Numbered from the stretch's first letter, positions 46,501 through 57,760 are shown. The stretch is 64,000 nt of DNA from Paramoeba atlantica (GCA_977017575.1 CDRNVI010000050.1:41506-105505), one strand, 5' to 3'. The notes: a model not told the origin generated them from the letters alone. Program-made: numbers and translations.

Positions 46501-49276
46501 TCTTACAAAAAACGATGGTCTTACAAAAAACGATGGTCTTACAAAAAACGATGGTCTTACAAAAAACGATGGTCTTACAAAAAACGATGGTCTTACGAAA
46601 AACGATGGTCTTACAAAAAACGATGGTCTTACAAAAAACGATGGTCTTACAAAAAACGATGGTCTTACAAAAAACGATGGTCTTACAAAAAACGATGGTC
46701 TTACAAAAAACGATGGTCTTACAAAAAACGATGGTCTTACAAAAAACGATGGTCTTACGAAAAACGATGGTCTTACAAAAAACGATGGTCTTACAAAAAA
46801 CGATGGTCTTACAAAAAACGATGGTCTTACAAAAAACGATGGTCTTACAAAAAACGATGGTCTTACAAAAAACGATGGTCTCACAAAAAACGATGGTCTT
46901 ACAAAAAACGATGGTCTTACAAAAAACGATGGTCTTACAAAAAACGATGGTCTTACAAAAAACGATGGTCTTACAAAAAACGATGGTCTTACAAAAAACG
47001 ATGATCTTACAAAAAACGATGGTCTTACAAAAAACGATGGTCTTACAAAAAACGATGGTCTTACAAAAAACGATGGTCTTACAAAAAACGATGGTCTTAC
47101 AAAAAACGATGGTCTTACGAAAAACGATGGTCTTACAAAGAACGATGGTCTTACAAAAAACGATGGTCTTACAAAAAACGATGGTCTTACAAAAAACGAT
47201 GGTCTTACAAAAAACGATGGTCTTACAAAAAACGATGGTCTTACAAAAAACGATGGTCTTACAAAAAACGATGGTCTTACAAAAAACGATGGTCTTACAA
47301 AAAACGATGGTCTTACAAAAAACGATGGTCTTACAAAAAACGATGGTCTTACAAAAAACGATGGTCTTACAAAAAACGATGGTCTTACAAAAAACGATGG
47401 TCTTACAAAAAACGATGGTCTTACAAAAAACGATGGTCTTACAAAAAACGATGGTCTTACAAAAAACGATGGTCTTACAAAAAACGATGGTCTTACAAAA
47501 AACGATGGTCTTACAAAAAACGATGGTCTTACAAAAAACGATGGTCTTACAAAAAACGATGGTCTTACAAAAAACGATGGTCTTACAAAAAACGATGGTC
47601 TTACAAAAAACGATGGTCTTACAAAAAACGATGGTCTTACAAAAAACGATGGTCTTACAAAAAACGATGGTCTTACAAAAAACGATGGTCTTACAAAAAA
47701 CGATGGTCTTACAAAAAACGATGGTCTTACAAAAAACGATGGTCTTACAAAAAACGATGGTCTTACAAAAAACGATGGTCTTACAAAAAACGATGGTCTT
47801 ACAAAAAACGATGGTCTTACAAAAAACGATGGTCTTACAAAAAACGATGGTCTTACAAAAAACGATGGTCTTACAAAAAACGATGGTCTTACAAAAAACG
47901 ATGGTCTTACAAAAAACGATGGTCTTACAAAAAACGATGGTCTTACAAAAAACGATGGTCTTACAAAAAACGATGGTCTTACAAAAAACGATGGTCTTAC
48001 AAAAAACGATGATCTTACAAAAAACGATGGTCTTACAAAAAACGATGGTCTTACAAAAAACGATGGTCTTACAAAAAACGATGGTCTTACAAAAAACGAT
48101 GGTCTTACAAAAAACGATGGTCTTACAAAAAACGATGGTCTTACAAAAAACGATGGTCTTACAAAAAACGATGGTCTTACAAAAAACGATGGTCTTACAA
48201 AAAACGATGGTCTTACAAAAAACGATGGTCTTACAAAAAACGATGGTCTTACAAAAAACGATGGTCTTACAAAAAACGATGGTCTTACAAAAAACGATGG
48301 TCTTACAAAAAACGATGGTCTTACAAAAAACGATGGTCTTACAAAAAACGATGGTCTTACAAAAAACGATGGTCTTACAAAAAACGATGGTCTTACAAAA
48401 AACGATGGTCTTACAAAAAACGATGGTCTTACAAAAAACGATGGTCTTACAAAAAACGATGGTCTTACAAAAAACGATGGTCTTACAAAAAACGATGGTC
48501 TTACAAAAAACGATGGTCTTACAAAAAACGATGGTCTTACAAAAAACGATGGTCTTACAAAAAACGATGGTCTTACAAAAAACGATGGTCTTACAAAAAA
48601 CGATGGTCTTACAAAAAACGATGGTCTTACAAAAAACGATGGTCTTACAAAAAACGATGGTCTTACAAAAAACGATGGTCTTACAAAAAACGATGGTCTT
48701 ACAAAAAACGATGGTCTTACAAAAAACGATGGTCTTACAAAAAACGATGGTCTTACAAAAAACGATGGTCTTACAAAAAACGATGGTCTTACAAAAAACG
48801 ATGGTCTTACAAAAAACGATGGTCTTACAAAAAACGATGGTCTTACAAAAAACGATGGTCTTACAAAAAACGATGGTCTTACAAAAAACGATGGTCTTAC
48901 AAAAAACGATGGTCTTACAAAAAACGATGGTCTTACAAAAAACGATGATCTTACAAAAAACGATGGTCTTACAAAAAACGATGGTCTTACAAAAAACGAT
49001 GGTCTTACAAAAAACGATGGTCTTACAAAAAACGATGGTCTTACAAAAAACGATGGTCTTACAAAAAACGATGGTCTTACAAAAAACGATGGTCTTACAA
49101 AAAACGATGGTCTTACAAAAAACGATGGTCTTACAAAAAACGATGGTCTTACAAAAAACGATGGTCTTACAAAAAACGATGGTCTTACAAAAAACGATGG
49201 TCTTACAAAAAACGATGGTCTTACAAAAAACGATGGTCTTACAAAAAACGATGGTCTTACAAAAAATGATGGTCTT
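40585..49276. repeat. Tandem array of an 18-bp unit (TTACAAAAAACGATGGTC), ~483 copies, 8.7 kb
   Basis: Seen directly; highly homogeneous with sparse variant units; ends ~16 bp upstream of the LINE ATG. Confidence 0.99.
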
Positions 49277-49278
49277 GT

Positions 49279-49550
49279 AAAAGTTTCCACCAGTGGGGGC
49301 CATGTTCAACAGGACGGGAAGTTCACCGTGTTCTGCCAACCCAGTGCGGCGGCACTTGTGAGCTGCTCCGTTTCCGGCCTGGCCCGGTTCAGTGCACGTT
49401 ACACGCAGGGCAACCTCTGCGCTACCGCAGATTCTCCCCGGTACCACACTGTAAGGGAGGCGGCGAACTTCCCGTCCATTAAGAACAGGTGCCACGGCGA
49501 ATCCTTATTTCGCTGCCCAAAGGGTGACAGGTTTGGAACCCCAGCACCCC
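49279..49550 (-). ncRNA. 7SL: Full-length eukaryote-type SRP (7SL) RNA, ~270 nt, ending in TTTT
   Basis: Helix 8 GGGC-CAGG-CCG-GAAA-CGG-AGCA-GCTC; helix 6 TCTGCG-GTAG-CGCAGA (GNAR loop); long helix 5 GGACGGGAAGTTCGCCG / CGGTGAACTTCCCGTCC; small Alu domain GCTG-GGGTTCCAAACC-TGTCA(UGUNR)-CCCTTTGGG-CAGC. Confidence 0.88.
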
Positions 49551-49562
49551 AACAAATCTGCC

Positions 49563-51490
49563 GCGTTCTCTGTATTCTTAGAAGCATGTAAAAGCCGAAG
49601 AAAGTTGCACATTGTGTCATACTTTCCAGGTGTATTTACTTTCGCTTCATTGAGAAGCTTTTCAAACCCTTCTAGGGTCATTTCATGGCTCGGTGAGCCT
49701 TTCGTCCATGGGGAAAACAATGCCACCATGCGTTTCCCTACTCGAAGCTGGCTTCGAGCTCGTGTCCCAGGTTCTTTTGAAGAACTCAATATGGGAAAAC
49801 CTGGTATAGCTGGCACAGTGTGCAAAGAGCGCAACTGTTGCTCAACAATATATCCAGGCTCAAATTCCGGGAGGCCCTCAATTTCCTCAAAGGCGTATCT
49901 CCCATTAGCACGACGTCCGCGACGACGTCTTCGATTTGTCCCTGACTCAAAATCTGAATCATGATCGGGCTCTTCTTGAGCTAGCTCAGCTCTTTTCTTC
50001 TTTACGCTGACAATGCTTGCATAGGAATACAGTTCAAGGTCTTGAAGATCTTCGCCCCTGTGCATGTAACGCACATGGAGCGGTGCAATAACTGCACAAT
50101 CATGTTCGGTGATCATTATAGGAGCCTCTAAGATACCGTTGTCGAACTCTATATCGGAGTCTTGTGACGAATCATCGTCACTGATTTCTATATATCTGTG
50201 ATCTAACTCACTTGAGATGTTTGCCAGGAACTTCATTACACGGTTCATATTGATCCATGTGAAGTTATGGCTCATGTACTCGGAGGGTTGGCCGAGACAA
50301 AAGACAGTTGCCATTTCGATTGAAACTTCCATCTTTCGATGTGTCATGTTCGACAATTTCTGTAAAACTAAGCGTGCCATCGGAATGTCAGTTTGCACTC
50401 TGTGCTCTGAATTCAGACCCCTTTGAAGGTGGTCATTGGCTGCGCGAAGTGCTGGTACAATGTACACAGGTGGACCAATGTTCTTGCTCATATATTTTAT
50501 GAGATACTGCATAATTTTTATGCCGGGGCCTTCGCTCCCAATGAAAACTGCACATGTATTGCATCTTACGCAAGCAGTGAGTGTTTCATTGTACGGAACG
50601 GTGATGGATTCCCGTTTAGTGTCTTGTGTCGGGTCATGGTTATTGCGCAGAAGCACAATCAGAGACCGTTCATCAAGTACTGACCAAATGGCATCATTTT
50701 TAATCGACCGTGTTGGAGGCTTGAGCCGGAATTCCGGTTGTCCAGATTCATCCATCTGAACCTCAACCTCTCCAACTTCCGTTTCATTTTCATGAAGTAC
50801 GGATGGAATGCCATATCGGTATTTGTTCTTGTTTATGTTTCCTTTCATTTTTAAAAACATGGGTCTGTGACCAACGTGCTGCTGAACATCAACAGCACTT
50901 TTGGCCACATGTTCCCTGAAATATCCTTTTCATCAGGAATGATATGTAGTCCTCCGCGATACATCTTTGAGTAGTCGAGCGTTGCAGGGCCGTAAAGCTC
51001 CTTACTGATCCTTCGCGCCCACTCGTGCAGATCAGAGCGCATCGTCGTACTCAAAGACTTCGCGAGACCATCGTGCTCCTTCACAATGTGAATTAATTCG
51101 GAGACGTAGTGTGGACTAAGATTCGTCCATAGTACACTATGAAAGTGTAGCGCACCTCGTTTCTGGCATTCTACGACACCAAAAAATGCTCGAGGGCGAC
51201 CAAAGAGGCCTTCAAGAACGTCACGTTCCTTCTTTACCTCATCTACATTCGACATTCCGTACAATTTGGTAAGAAGAGTACGGATTTGCCGTTCGAAAGG
51301 TTGGCCCGCATTTCCTGCATTTTTTCGCTCTCATCATTTGTAATGATTCTTAGAGCTAGATTTTTATCGTTCTTGTTTGGACCCACTGCGATCCTGTAAG
51401 TTGGCAGCCCGTATCGCCTGTATAAGGCGTAGATCTGACCTTGTGATGCCTTTCGCTTTGCTGGCGAAAAGGGTATCGTTTTTTTCATGG
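49563..51490 (-). pseudogene. Helitron Rep (HUH endonuclease) region, frameshifted and N-terminally truncated
   Basis: RRYGLPTYRIAVGP (motif I), FFGVVECQKRGALHFHSVLW (HUH motif II), MQYLIKYMSK (two-Tyr motif III). Confidence 0.88.
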
Positions 51491-52289
51491 TCGAGCAAAT
51501 TTTTTCGAAAACATTAGCTTTCGAAAACAAACCGCAGAAAGGGTAGCCGGGGTCTTGGCGCGCATTTTCCACCCCCCTACCCGGGGGTGACCCCCCCGCG
51601 TATCCGCAGGACGGGTCCGCCAAGTTCGGATTTTTTCGGAAAAAAAAATTTGAAAAAAAATTCAACTTAGCTAAAAAAATGACAAAAAAATATTTTTCCA
51701 AAATCGTTTCCCCTATTGTATTTTGACAGTTTGGGACCTACACTAGCTTTCTCCGCAGTTGCTTTCGCAAGGTATCCCTTCTTCAAGACGTGGTACGCCC
51801 GCGAAATTGGCCCATTTTTGACTAAAAAGGGTGAAAAAGTATTTTTCGGACCCCAAGGGGCCTTTTTGTGTCGAAAGAATGGTATGGTTGGAGTCGTATT
51901 CTCCACCCAATACGTTCGGTAGGCTTTCATTCATGCCTAAGAGTAATTTCCCAAGCGCAAATGTCTGATTTAATGCTCTGAGAGCGAAAATAGCTAAAAT
52001 TGACCCCATTTTTACCTGAAAATCGGCTTTTTTTGGCTCCAATCCTTCCGGTTTCTCCTGTTTTCGAAGCCAATTTTTGTTTTTTAGGCTCTTTCGTATA
52101 ATACTTCACTGTATATCGCGGCGATAATTTTCCATCCCCCCCTTGGTACGCGCAGGAGGGGTCCGACAAGGTCAAATTTTCTGAAATTTTTGGGTTGACC
52201 AAAAATTTTTTTCTTTGACCCAAAAAAAAGTAAAAATATTATTTTTCCAAAATCGACTCCTAAAACGTATTTTAAGTATGATATGTTAA

Positions 52290-54025
52290 CCCCCCTAGGC
52301 CCACCGGAAGCCTACCCCCCCTCCCTGGTCCTACCCCCGAACCCAGCGGCGGTACCAGTCCTGTACCGCCGCCTGCGCAATCTGGGCATTCCCTCTCTGG
52401 ATGGCCACCCCGATGGCCATTAAGAGATGGGCGAGACACCCATTCTTGTCCGATGAGTGGGCCCGGGCCACCTTGTTGAGGAAGGTCAAGGTTTCTGGGC
52501 CCGGGACCCTGTACGTGGAGAAGGCCGGAGGGTGGAATCCCATGCCCCTCACCAGCGCCATCTCCTCATGAGAGCGCCTTTTGTTGGCCTCAGCTATCCT
52601 CAGCGTGTGGGGTGGCTCCGCGCCCTCCTTCTCCACGTACGACGAGGCCAGTGGGTTCACAACTGTGACGTCAACCTGGACGATCTTCCTTCCCAGATGG
52701 AAACAGATGTCTGGCCCCCGTCCATTGTCGAACCTCGGCTCGTGGAGGTCCGAAAATCCAAAAAGGAAACCCTCGGCTAGTGGAGGTCCGGGTTGAACCC
52801 ATAATGGACCAAGAGGTTCCGAAACGTCTCTTTGACTTCCTTATGGCGGGAGGCCTGAGTTTTCCCCTTCACCTTCTTGCAGTCCAGTGCGTGTACGCAA
52901 AACTCCTTGCTGAGGGTTGCACCGCACACACACTGGAGCTCAGGCTCCGAGGTCGGGGCAACCAGGTACCGGAGGCGGGCCGCAGTCTCCCACTTTGGAC
53001 CCCGCATGTAGTACTCCGGCCTGTTCGGCAGGGCACACATCCACTTGGTGGAGTGCACATTCTGGATCTGTCGCATGCAGACCAGTTGGATTGCCGTTCG
53101 GGCGTTCCCCAGGGCTGCCGCACAAAGGTTGCGTCGTAGATCTTTGGCAGAAATTTCAGGTGCTATGTCTTGAAGGGCGTTTTTCGCCTTAACCTGCATA
53201 TCCTGGGCCTTGTGCTCGAAGGGGGTGGTCCCCAGGAAATCTGCCGTAAAAAGGTTATTAGTAAACGGCGTTTTCCCCAGGGAACCCATCCCCCCGACCA
53301 GGGCCTCGGCACATGCCATGACGGCCTTATCGACCTGGTCGTTGGCCCTTTTGGTTACCGGAGGCTCATGCGTCCTCACAATGAAGTTCTACCTGGGGCT
53401 TCCGCAGAGCCTCAGGAGGGGCAAGGCGCATTGCCTGCTGATCTCCTTCAATTTCTCGAGGAAGGAGATCACCTTGTTGTTCCTGGAAAGAACCCAATCC
53501 TCTTCCTTGTCCTCGGACTCCCCGATGTACGCCCCCAGGAGTTTTAACCCCCCTGGGGAATGTATCACCCGAGTCCCAGAGAACTCCGTGAAGAATTTTT
53601 CGTGCCTTGTGGCAACTTTACACTTGGCGGCGTTCATCCGTAGTCCGAGGTATTTTAACTCCTCGCTGAGGGCCTCCAGGGATTCCGCGCATACCTTTGG
53701 TTCACCCGCGAAGGTGACGTCATCAAGTTATGCCCAGACCTTGAGTGCGCCTGTGAATTTGGCAGCCACTCGGGCGATCGCCCCCTGAATCCCAATAGCA
53801 AAGAGGATGGGGGCCATGGGGTCCCCTTGTTTTGCCCCCCTTGAGCTCGTGCTGGTCGCCCCTTCCCCTAGATGGGCGGAGCTTTTGGTCCCATAGCTTA
53901 AAATAGGGTTATGCCCTCTATGGGGGGAAGCTTCGGGTCCCGCCTTACGGCCCGGAAGATGGCCGACCTCGAAATGCTATTGAAAGCATTCTCGAGGTCG
54001 GCTGCGACAACTCCAAATCCCCAAA
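52290..54025 (-). mobile_element. 5'-truncated, decayed CRE-like non-LTR retrotransposon (RT + zinc knuckle + RLE)
   Basis: AADLENAFNSISR, GAKQGDPMAP, A*LDD (YLDD mutated to stop), GLKLLG, CxC...HALDC, GPDICFHLGRKIVQVDVTVVNP; homologous to 7748-8736. Confidence 0.85.
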
Positions 54026-54029
54026 AGGG

Positions 54030-54915
54030 GGGGGAGTCCAGGGGGGGGGTCCAGGGGGGGGTCATGGTCGAGCAAATTGTTTATTTCGAAAAAAATAGTT
54101 TTCGAAAACAAACCGCAGAAAGGGTAGCCGGGGTCTTGGCGCGCATTTTCCACCCCCTTACCCGGGGGTGATCCCCCCGCGTATCCGCAGGACGGGTCCG
54201 CCAAATTCGGAATTTTTCGGAAAAAAAAATTTGAAAAAAAATTTCAACTTGGCGAAAAAAATGGCAAAAAAAATATTTTTCCAAAATCGTTTCCCCTATT
54301 GTATTTTGATAGTTTGGGACCTACACTAGCTTGCTCCTCAGTTGTTTTCGCAAGGCATCACTTCTTCTAACCGTGGTGTGGCCCTCAAAATGACACATTT
54401 TTGACTAAAGAAGGTGAAAAAGTATTTTTCGGACCTAAAGGGGCATTTTTGTGTCGAAAGAATCCAATCCAATCCAAATCATTCCGGATTGCTCCGGATG
54501 GTCACTGGCAAGCCAGACCCTTCACAAACAGATTTGGAAGTTCCGAGGCCGACGTCCTCTACCTCTAGTCGAAAGAATGGTATGGTTGGAGTCGAATTCT
54601 CTGCCCAATACGTTTGGTAGGCTTCCATTCATGCCTTAGAGTGTTCCATTCATGCCTTTCAGGCTTTCCATTCATGCCTAAGAGTGATTTCCCACGCGCA
54701 AATGTCGGATTTAGTGCTCTGACAGCAAAAATACGCGAAAATCACCCCATTTTTACCCGAATTTCGGCTATTTTTGGCTATAATCTTTCCGTTTTCCAGG
54801 CTAATTTTCCTTTTATAGGCTCTTTGTTAAACGCGGCGGTAGTTTTCAACGCGAAGCGCGCAGCATGAGTGACTTCTACGTTGAAAACAACCACCGCGTT
54901 TAACGAAGAGCCTAA
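54030..54915 (-). repeat. Long-hairpin repeat copy carrying a SINE insertion
   Basis: Palindrome at ~54815-54915; body colinear with the other copies except for the insert at 54464-54567. Confidence 0.85.
54464..54567 (-). mobile_element. 5'-truncated SINE with 11-bp TSD
   Basis: GTCGAAAGAAT at 54453-54463 and 54568-54578; SINE 3' end with TCCGGA-GCAA-TCCGGA and (GGATT)n tail. Confidence 0.85.
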
Positions 54916-55046
54916 TAGCGTTATTGTATAGCGTTATTTATAGCGTTATAGTGTATAGTGTAATATAGCGTCACTGAATAATATACAGTTCAACTTACCC
55001 TTCTGCTCCAACGTATCCTTCTGCTTTTAACTTGTCTTTACCTACT

Positions 55047-55969
55047 TCAAAGCAGGAATAACTCTCGAAACTTCTGAGGAATCTACGAGTTGAGACATTT
55101 TCGAGGTCGATTATTCAGCTTTCGTGCCGTCTTGCTCACTTCAACTTTCGTCAAATTTTCGAAGGTGTCAGACTTTGAAAGGTATTGACGAACCAAACCG
55201 TTCTTATTTTCGACGGCCCCCTTTTCCCACGAACGATAAGGCTGACAGAAGTAAGACTTACAATTTCATTTTCTATTTGCCTTTTCATGATTCCAAAATT
55301 CGTTTCCATTGTCGTATGTAATAGTCACCATACCGGCGCCTTTTGTTAACGATTTCAAGGCGCACACCGATAGGCACGCGGTTCGGAATCGTGCTCCGGC
55401 CATGTGCTCGACGCTTGTAGGGGCGCTTTCCTCTAATGCGCAGAGCCTTGTGTACGCTACCGCCTGCATCCTTACCCCGTCGGACTAAAAGATAAATTGT
55501 GGAAGTAGACGGGGAGACTCTGTGAACCAAAGATTAAGGTATGGGCCGCTTGCTCTGGGCTATGAAGTTTTTTGAACCGAGCTTTAACTTTTGCTTCGAC
55601 GTCCCCACGAATAATCTGAGGCCTCGTCCCTTTCTTACTCAGGCGATTTCGTACGACGCGATTCGCACGGCCAGCCAAGTAATACTTGCCCCTTTTCTTT
55701 TTTCGTACTAACTCTAGGCAAACAGTGCTGTGAGATTTATTTATAGAACGGGCAATTTCTCTGCGTGTCGATTCGCTCTCACGCATCGTCTGAATGTCTT
55801 GCCGCTCCTGAAGAGTTAATTTTCGATATTTAGGCATATAAGGTGCGAGTTTCGATTAGAAAGAAAAGCTATTATGATAAAATATGTACCTCTTGGTGCA
55901 CTGAGTATGACAATCCTATAAATTGTGGTGCACTGAGTATGACAATTTGGTGCACTGACATTGACAACC
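55047..55969 (-). pseudogene. Decayed IS30-family transposase with a putative end bearing three 20-bp direct repeats
   Basis: HTH LTLQERQDI...SPEQAA; STIY; RVPIGVRLEIVNKRRRYGD; then ITYDNGNEF and YFCQPYRSWEKGAVENKNGLVRQYL...LNNRPRKCL. First catalytic Asp region deleted. ggtgcactgagtatgacaat at 55895, 55927 and (degenerate) 55949. Confidence 0.85.
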
Positions 55970-55974
55970 CACCC

Positions 55975-57720
55975 ACGTTTTAGGAGTCGATTTTGAAAAA
56001 ATAATATTTTTACTTTTTTTTGGGTCAAGAAAAAAATTCTTTTGGTCACCCCAAAATTTTCGGAAATTTTGACCTTGTCGGACCCCTCCTGCGCGTACCA
56101 GGGGGGGTACCCCCAGGGGGGGCGGTCGAAAATTATCGCCGCGGCCTACTCTACTACTTCCCTGCGCTCGATTTCGAAAAGCGAAAAATTCGAAAACAAA
56201 ATTCGGGACGTATGCTCAACCCCCTGGGCTCCCCATTTTTTTGAATTTTTTTTTTCAGTTTTGGACCACCGGGGCCCCCTTTTATATTTTTTTCTTCTAT
56301 TGTACTACTGTGTTTCTCTTTATATTTTCACTGTTTGTGTTCACTTTTTTTTCCATAATCGAGGGTTGAGCGGTAGTTATACAACCACCGCAATCGAGCG
56401 AATGCATCAAAAAAGTGAACAAAAACAGTGAAAATATAAAGGGGAACACAGTAATATAATAGAAGAAAAAAATATAAAAGGGGGCTCCGGTGGACCAAAA
56501 CTGGAAAACAAAATTGAAACAAATGGGGGGTCCATGGGGGGGGGGTCCAGGGGGGGGGGGTCCAGGGGGGGGGTCCAGGGGGGGGGGTCATGGTCGAGCA
56601 AATTTTTTGTTTCGAAAAAAATAGTTTTCGAAAGAAAACCGCAGAAAGGGTAGCCGGGGTCTTGGCGCGCATTTTCCACCCCCCTACGGGGGGGTCATGG
56701 TCGAGCGAAAAAATTAGTTTTCGAAAACAAAACCGCAGAAAGGGTAGCCGGGGTCTTGGCGCGCATTTTCCACCCCCCTACCCGGGGGTGACCCCCCCGC
56801 GTATCCGCAGGACGGGTCCGCCAAGTTCGGATTTTTTCGGAAAAAAAATTTGAAAAAAAAATTCAACTTGGCGAAAAAATGGCAAAAAAAATATTTTTCC
56901 AAAATCGTTTCTCCTATTGTATTTTGATAGTTTGGGACCTACACTAGCTTGCTCCTCAGTTGTTTTCGCAAGGCATCACTTCTTCTAACCGTGGTGCGGC
57001 CCTCAAAATGACACATTTTTGACTAAAAAAGGTGAAAAAGTATTTTTCGAACCTAAAGGGGCATTTTTGTGTCGAAAGAATGGTATGGTTGGAGTCGAAT
57101 TCTCTACCCAATACGTTTGGTAGGCTTCCATTCATGCCTTAGAGTGTTCCATTCATGACTTTCAGGCTTTCCATTCATGCCTAAGAGTGATTTCCCACGC
57201 GCAAATGTCGGATTTAGTGCTCTGACAGCAAAACTACGCGAAAATCACCCCATTTTTACCCGAATTTCGGCTATTTTTGGCTATAATCTTTCCGTTTTCC
57301 AGGCTAAATTTTCTTTTTTAGGCTCTTTGTTGAACGCGGCGGTAGTTTTCAACGCGAAGCGCGCAGCGTGAGTGACTTCTAAGTCCCCCTGGTCCCCCCC
57401 CTGGAGCCCCCCCATGGACCCCCCATTTTTTTCAAAACAAATTTTTCGTTTTGGTCCACTTATATTTTTTTCCTCTATTATATTACTGTGTTCCCCTTTA
57501 TATTTTCACTGTTTTCTGATGCATTCTGATGTGGCGAAAAGGTCTTTAACGGGTGATACCGTTCCAGTTTCGAGGTGGTTTTCCTAAAGTGCCTTTATTA
57601 TCTCCCTTGTCCACTTTAGCCTGGATTATATTACTGTGTTCCTCTTTATATTTTAACTGTTTTTGTTCACTTTTGTTTTAATAATCGAGTGTAGAGCGGT
57701 AGTTTTACAACCACCGCAAT
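55975..57720. repeat. Cluster of long-hairpin repeat fragments in both orientations, with an expanded (GnTCCA) G-run tract
   Basis: CAACCACCGCAAT termini at 56394 and 57720; minus-strand copy ~56400-57380; G-tracts at 56525-56590. Confidence 0.8.
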
Positions 57721-57760
57721 CAATGTGCTATATGCATTATCAAGTGCCGCTTAGTATGCA

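Larger units (their letters stand above)
35941..49551 (-). mobile_element. 13.6 kb non-LTR retrotransposon insertion: 7SL head + 18-bp array + APE-RT-RNH ORF + hairpin/(GGATA)n tail, 11-bp TSD
   Basis: ACAAATCTGCC at 35930-35940 and 49552-49562 flanks the whole unit. Tail (tatcc)x3 at 35941-35955; hairpin ACCGAT-GCAA-ATCGGT at 35962-35977. Confidence 0.88.
32688..52270 (-). mobile_element. Decayed Helitron (Rep/HUH + PIF1 helicase) interrupted by a LINE insertion
   Basis: Rep motifs at 49.6-51.5 kb and helicase motifs at 34.1-35.4 kb, in the correct order on the same strand; distal end carries the long hairpin and the CAACCACCGCAAT terminus. Boundaries are approximate. Confidence 0.8.

Noticed and set aside
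40585-49276. Array as CRISPR or telomeric repeat
   Set aside because: No spacers and no cas genes; the unit is not G-rich TTAGGG-like and is internal to a TSD-bounded insertion.
40597-49495. Very long ORFs (MVLQKT, KKRWSY, CKTIVF, RPSFFV repeats)
   Set aside because: Artefacts of an 18-bp unit with no stop in five of six frames; none is in frame with the LINE ORF.
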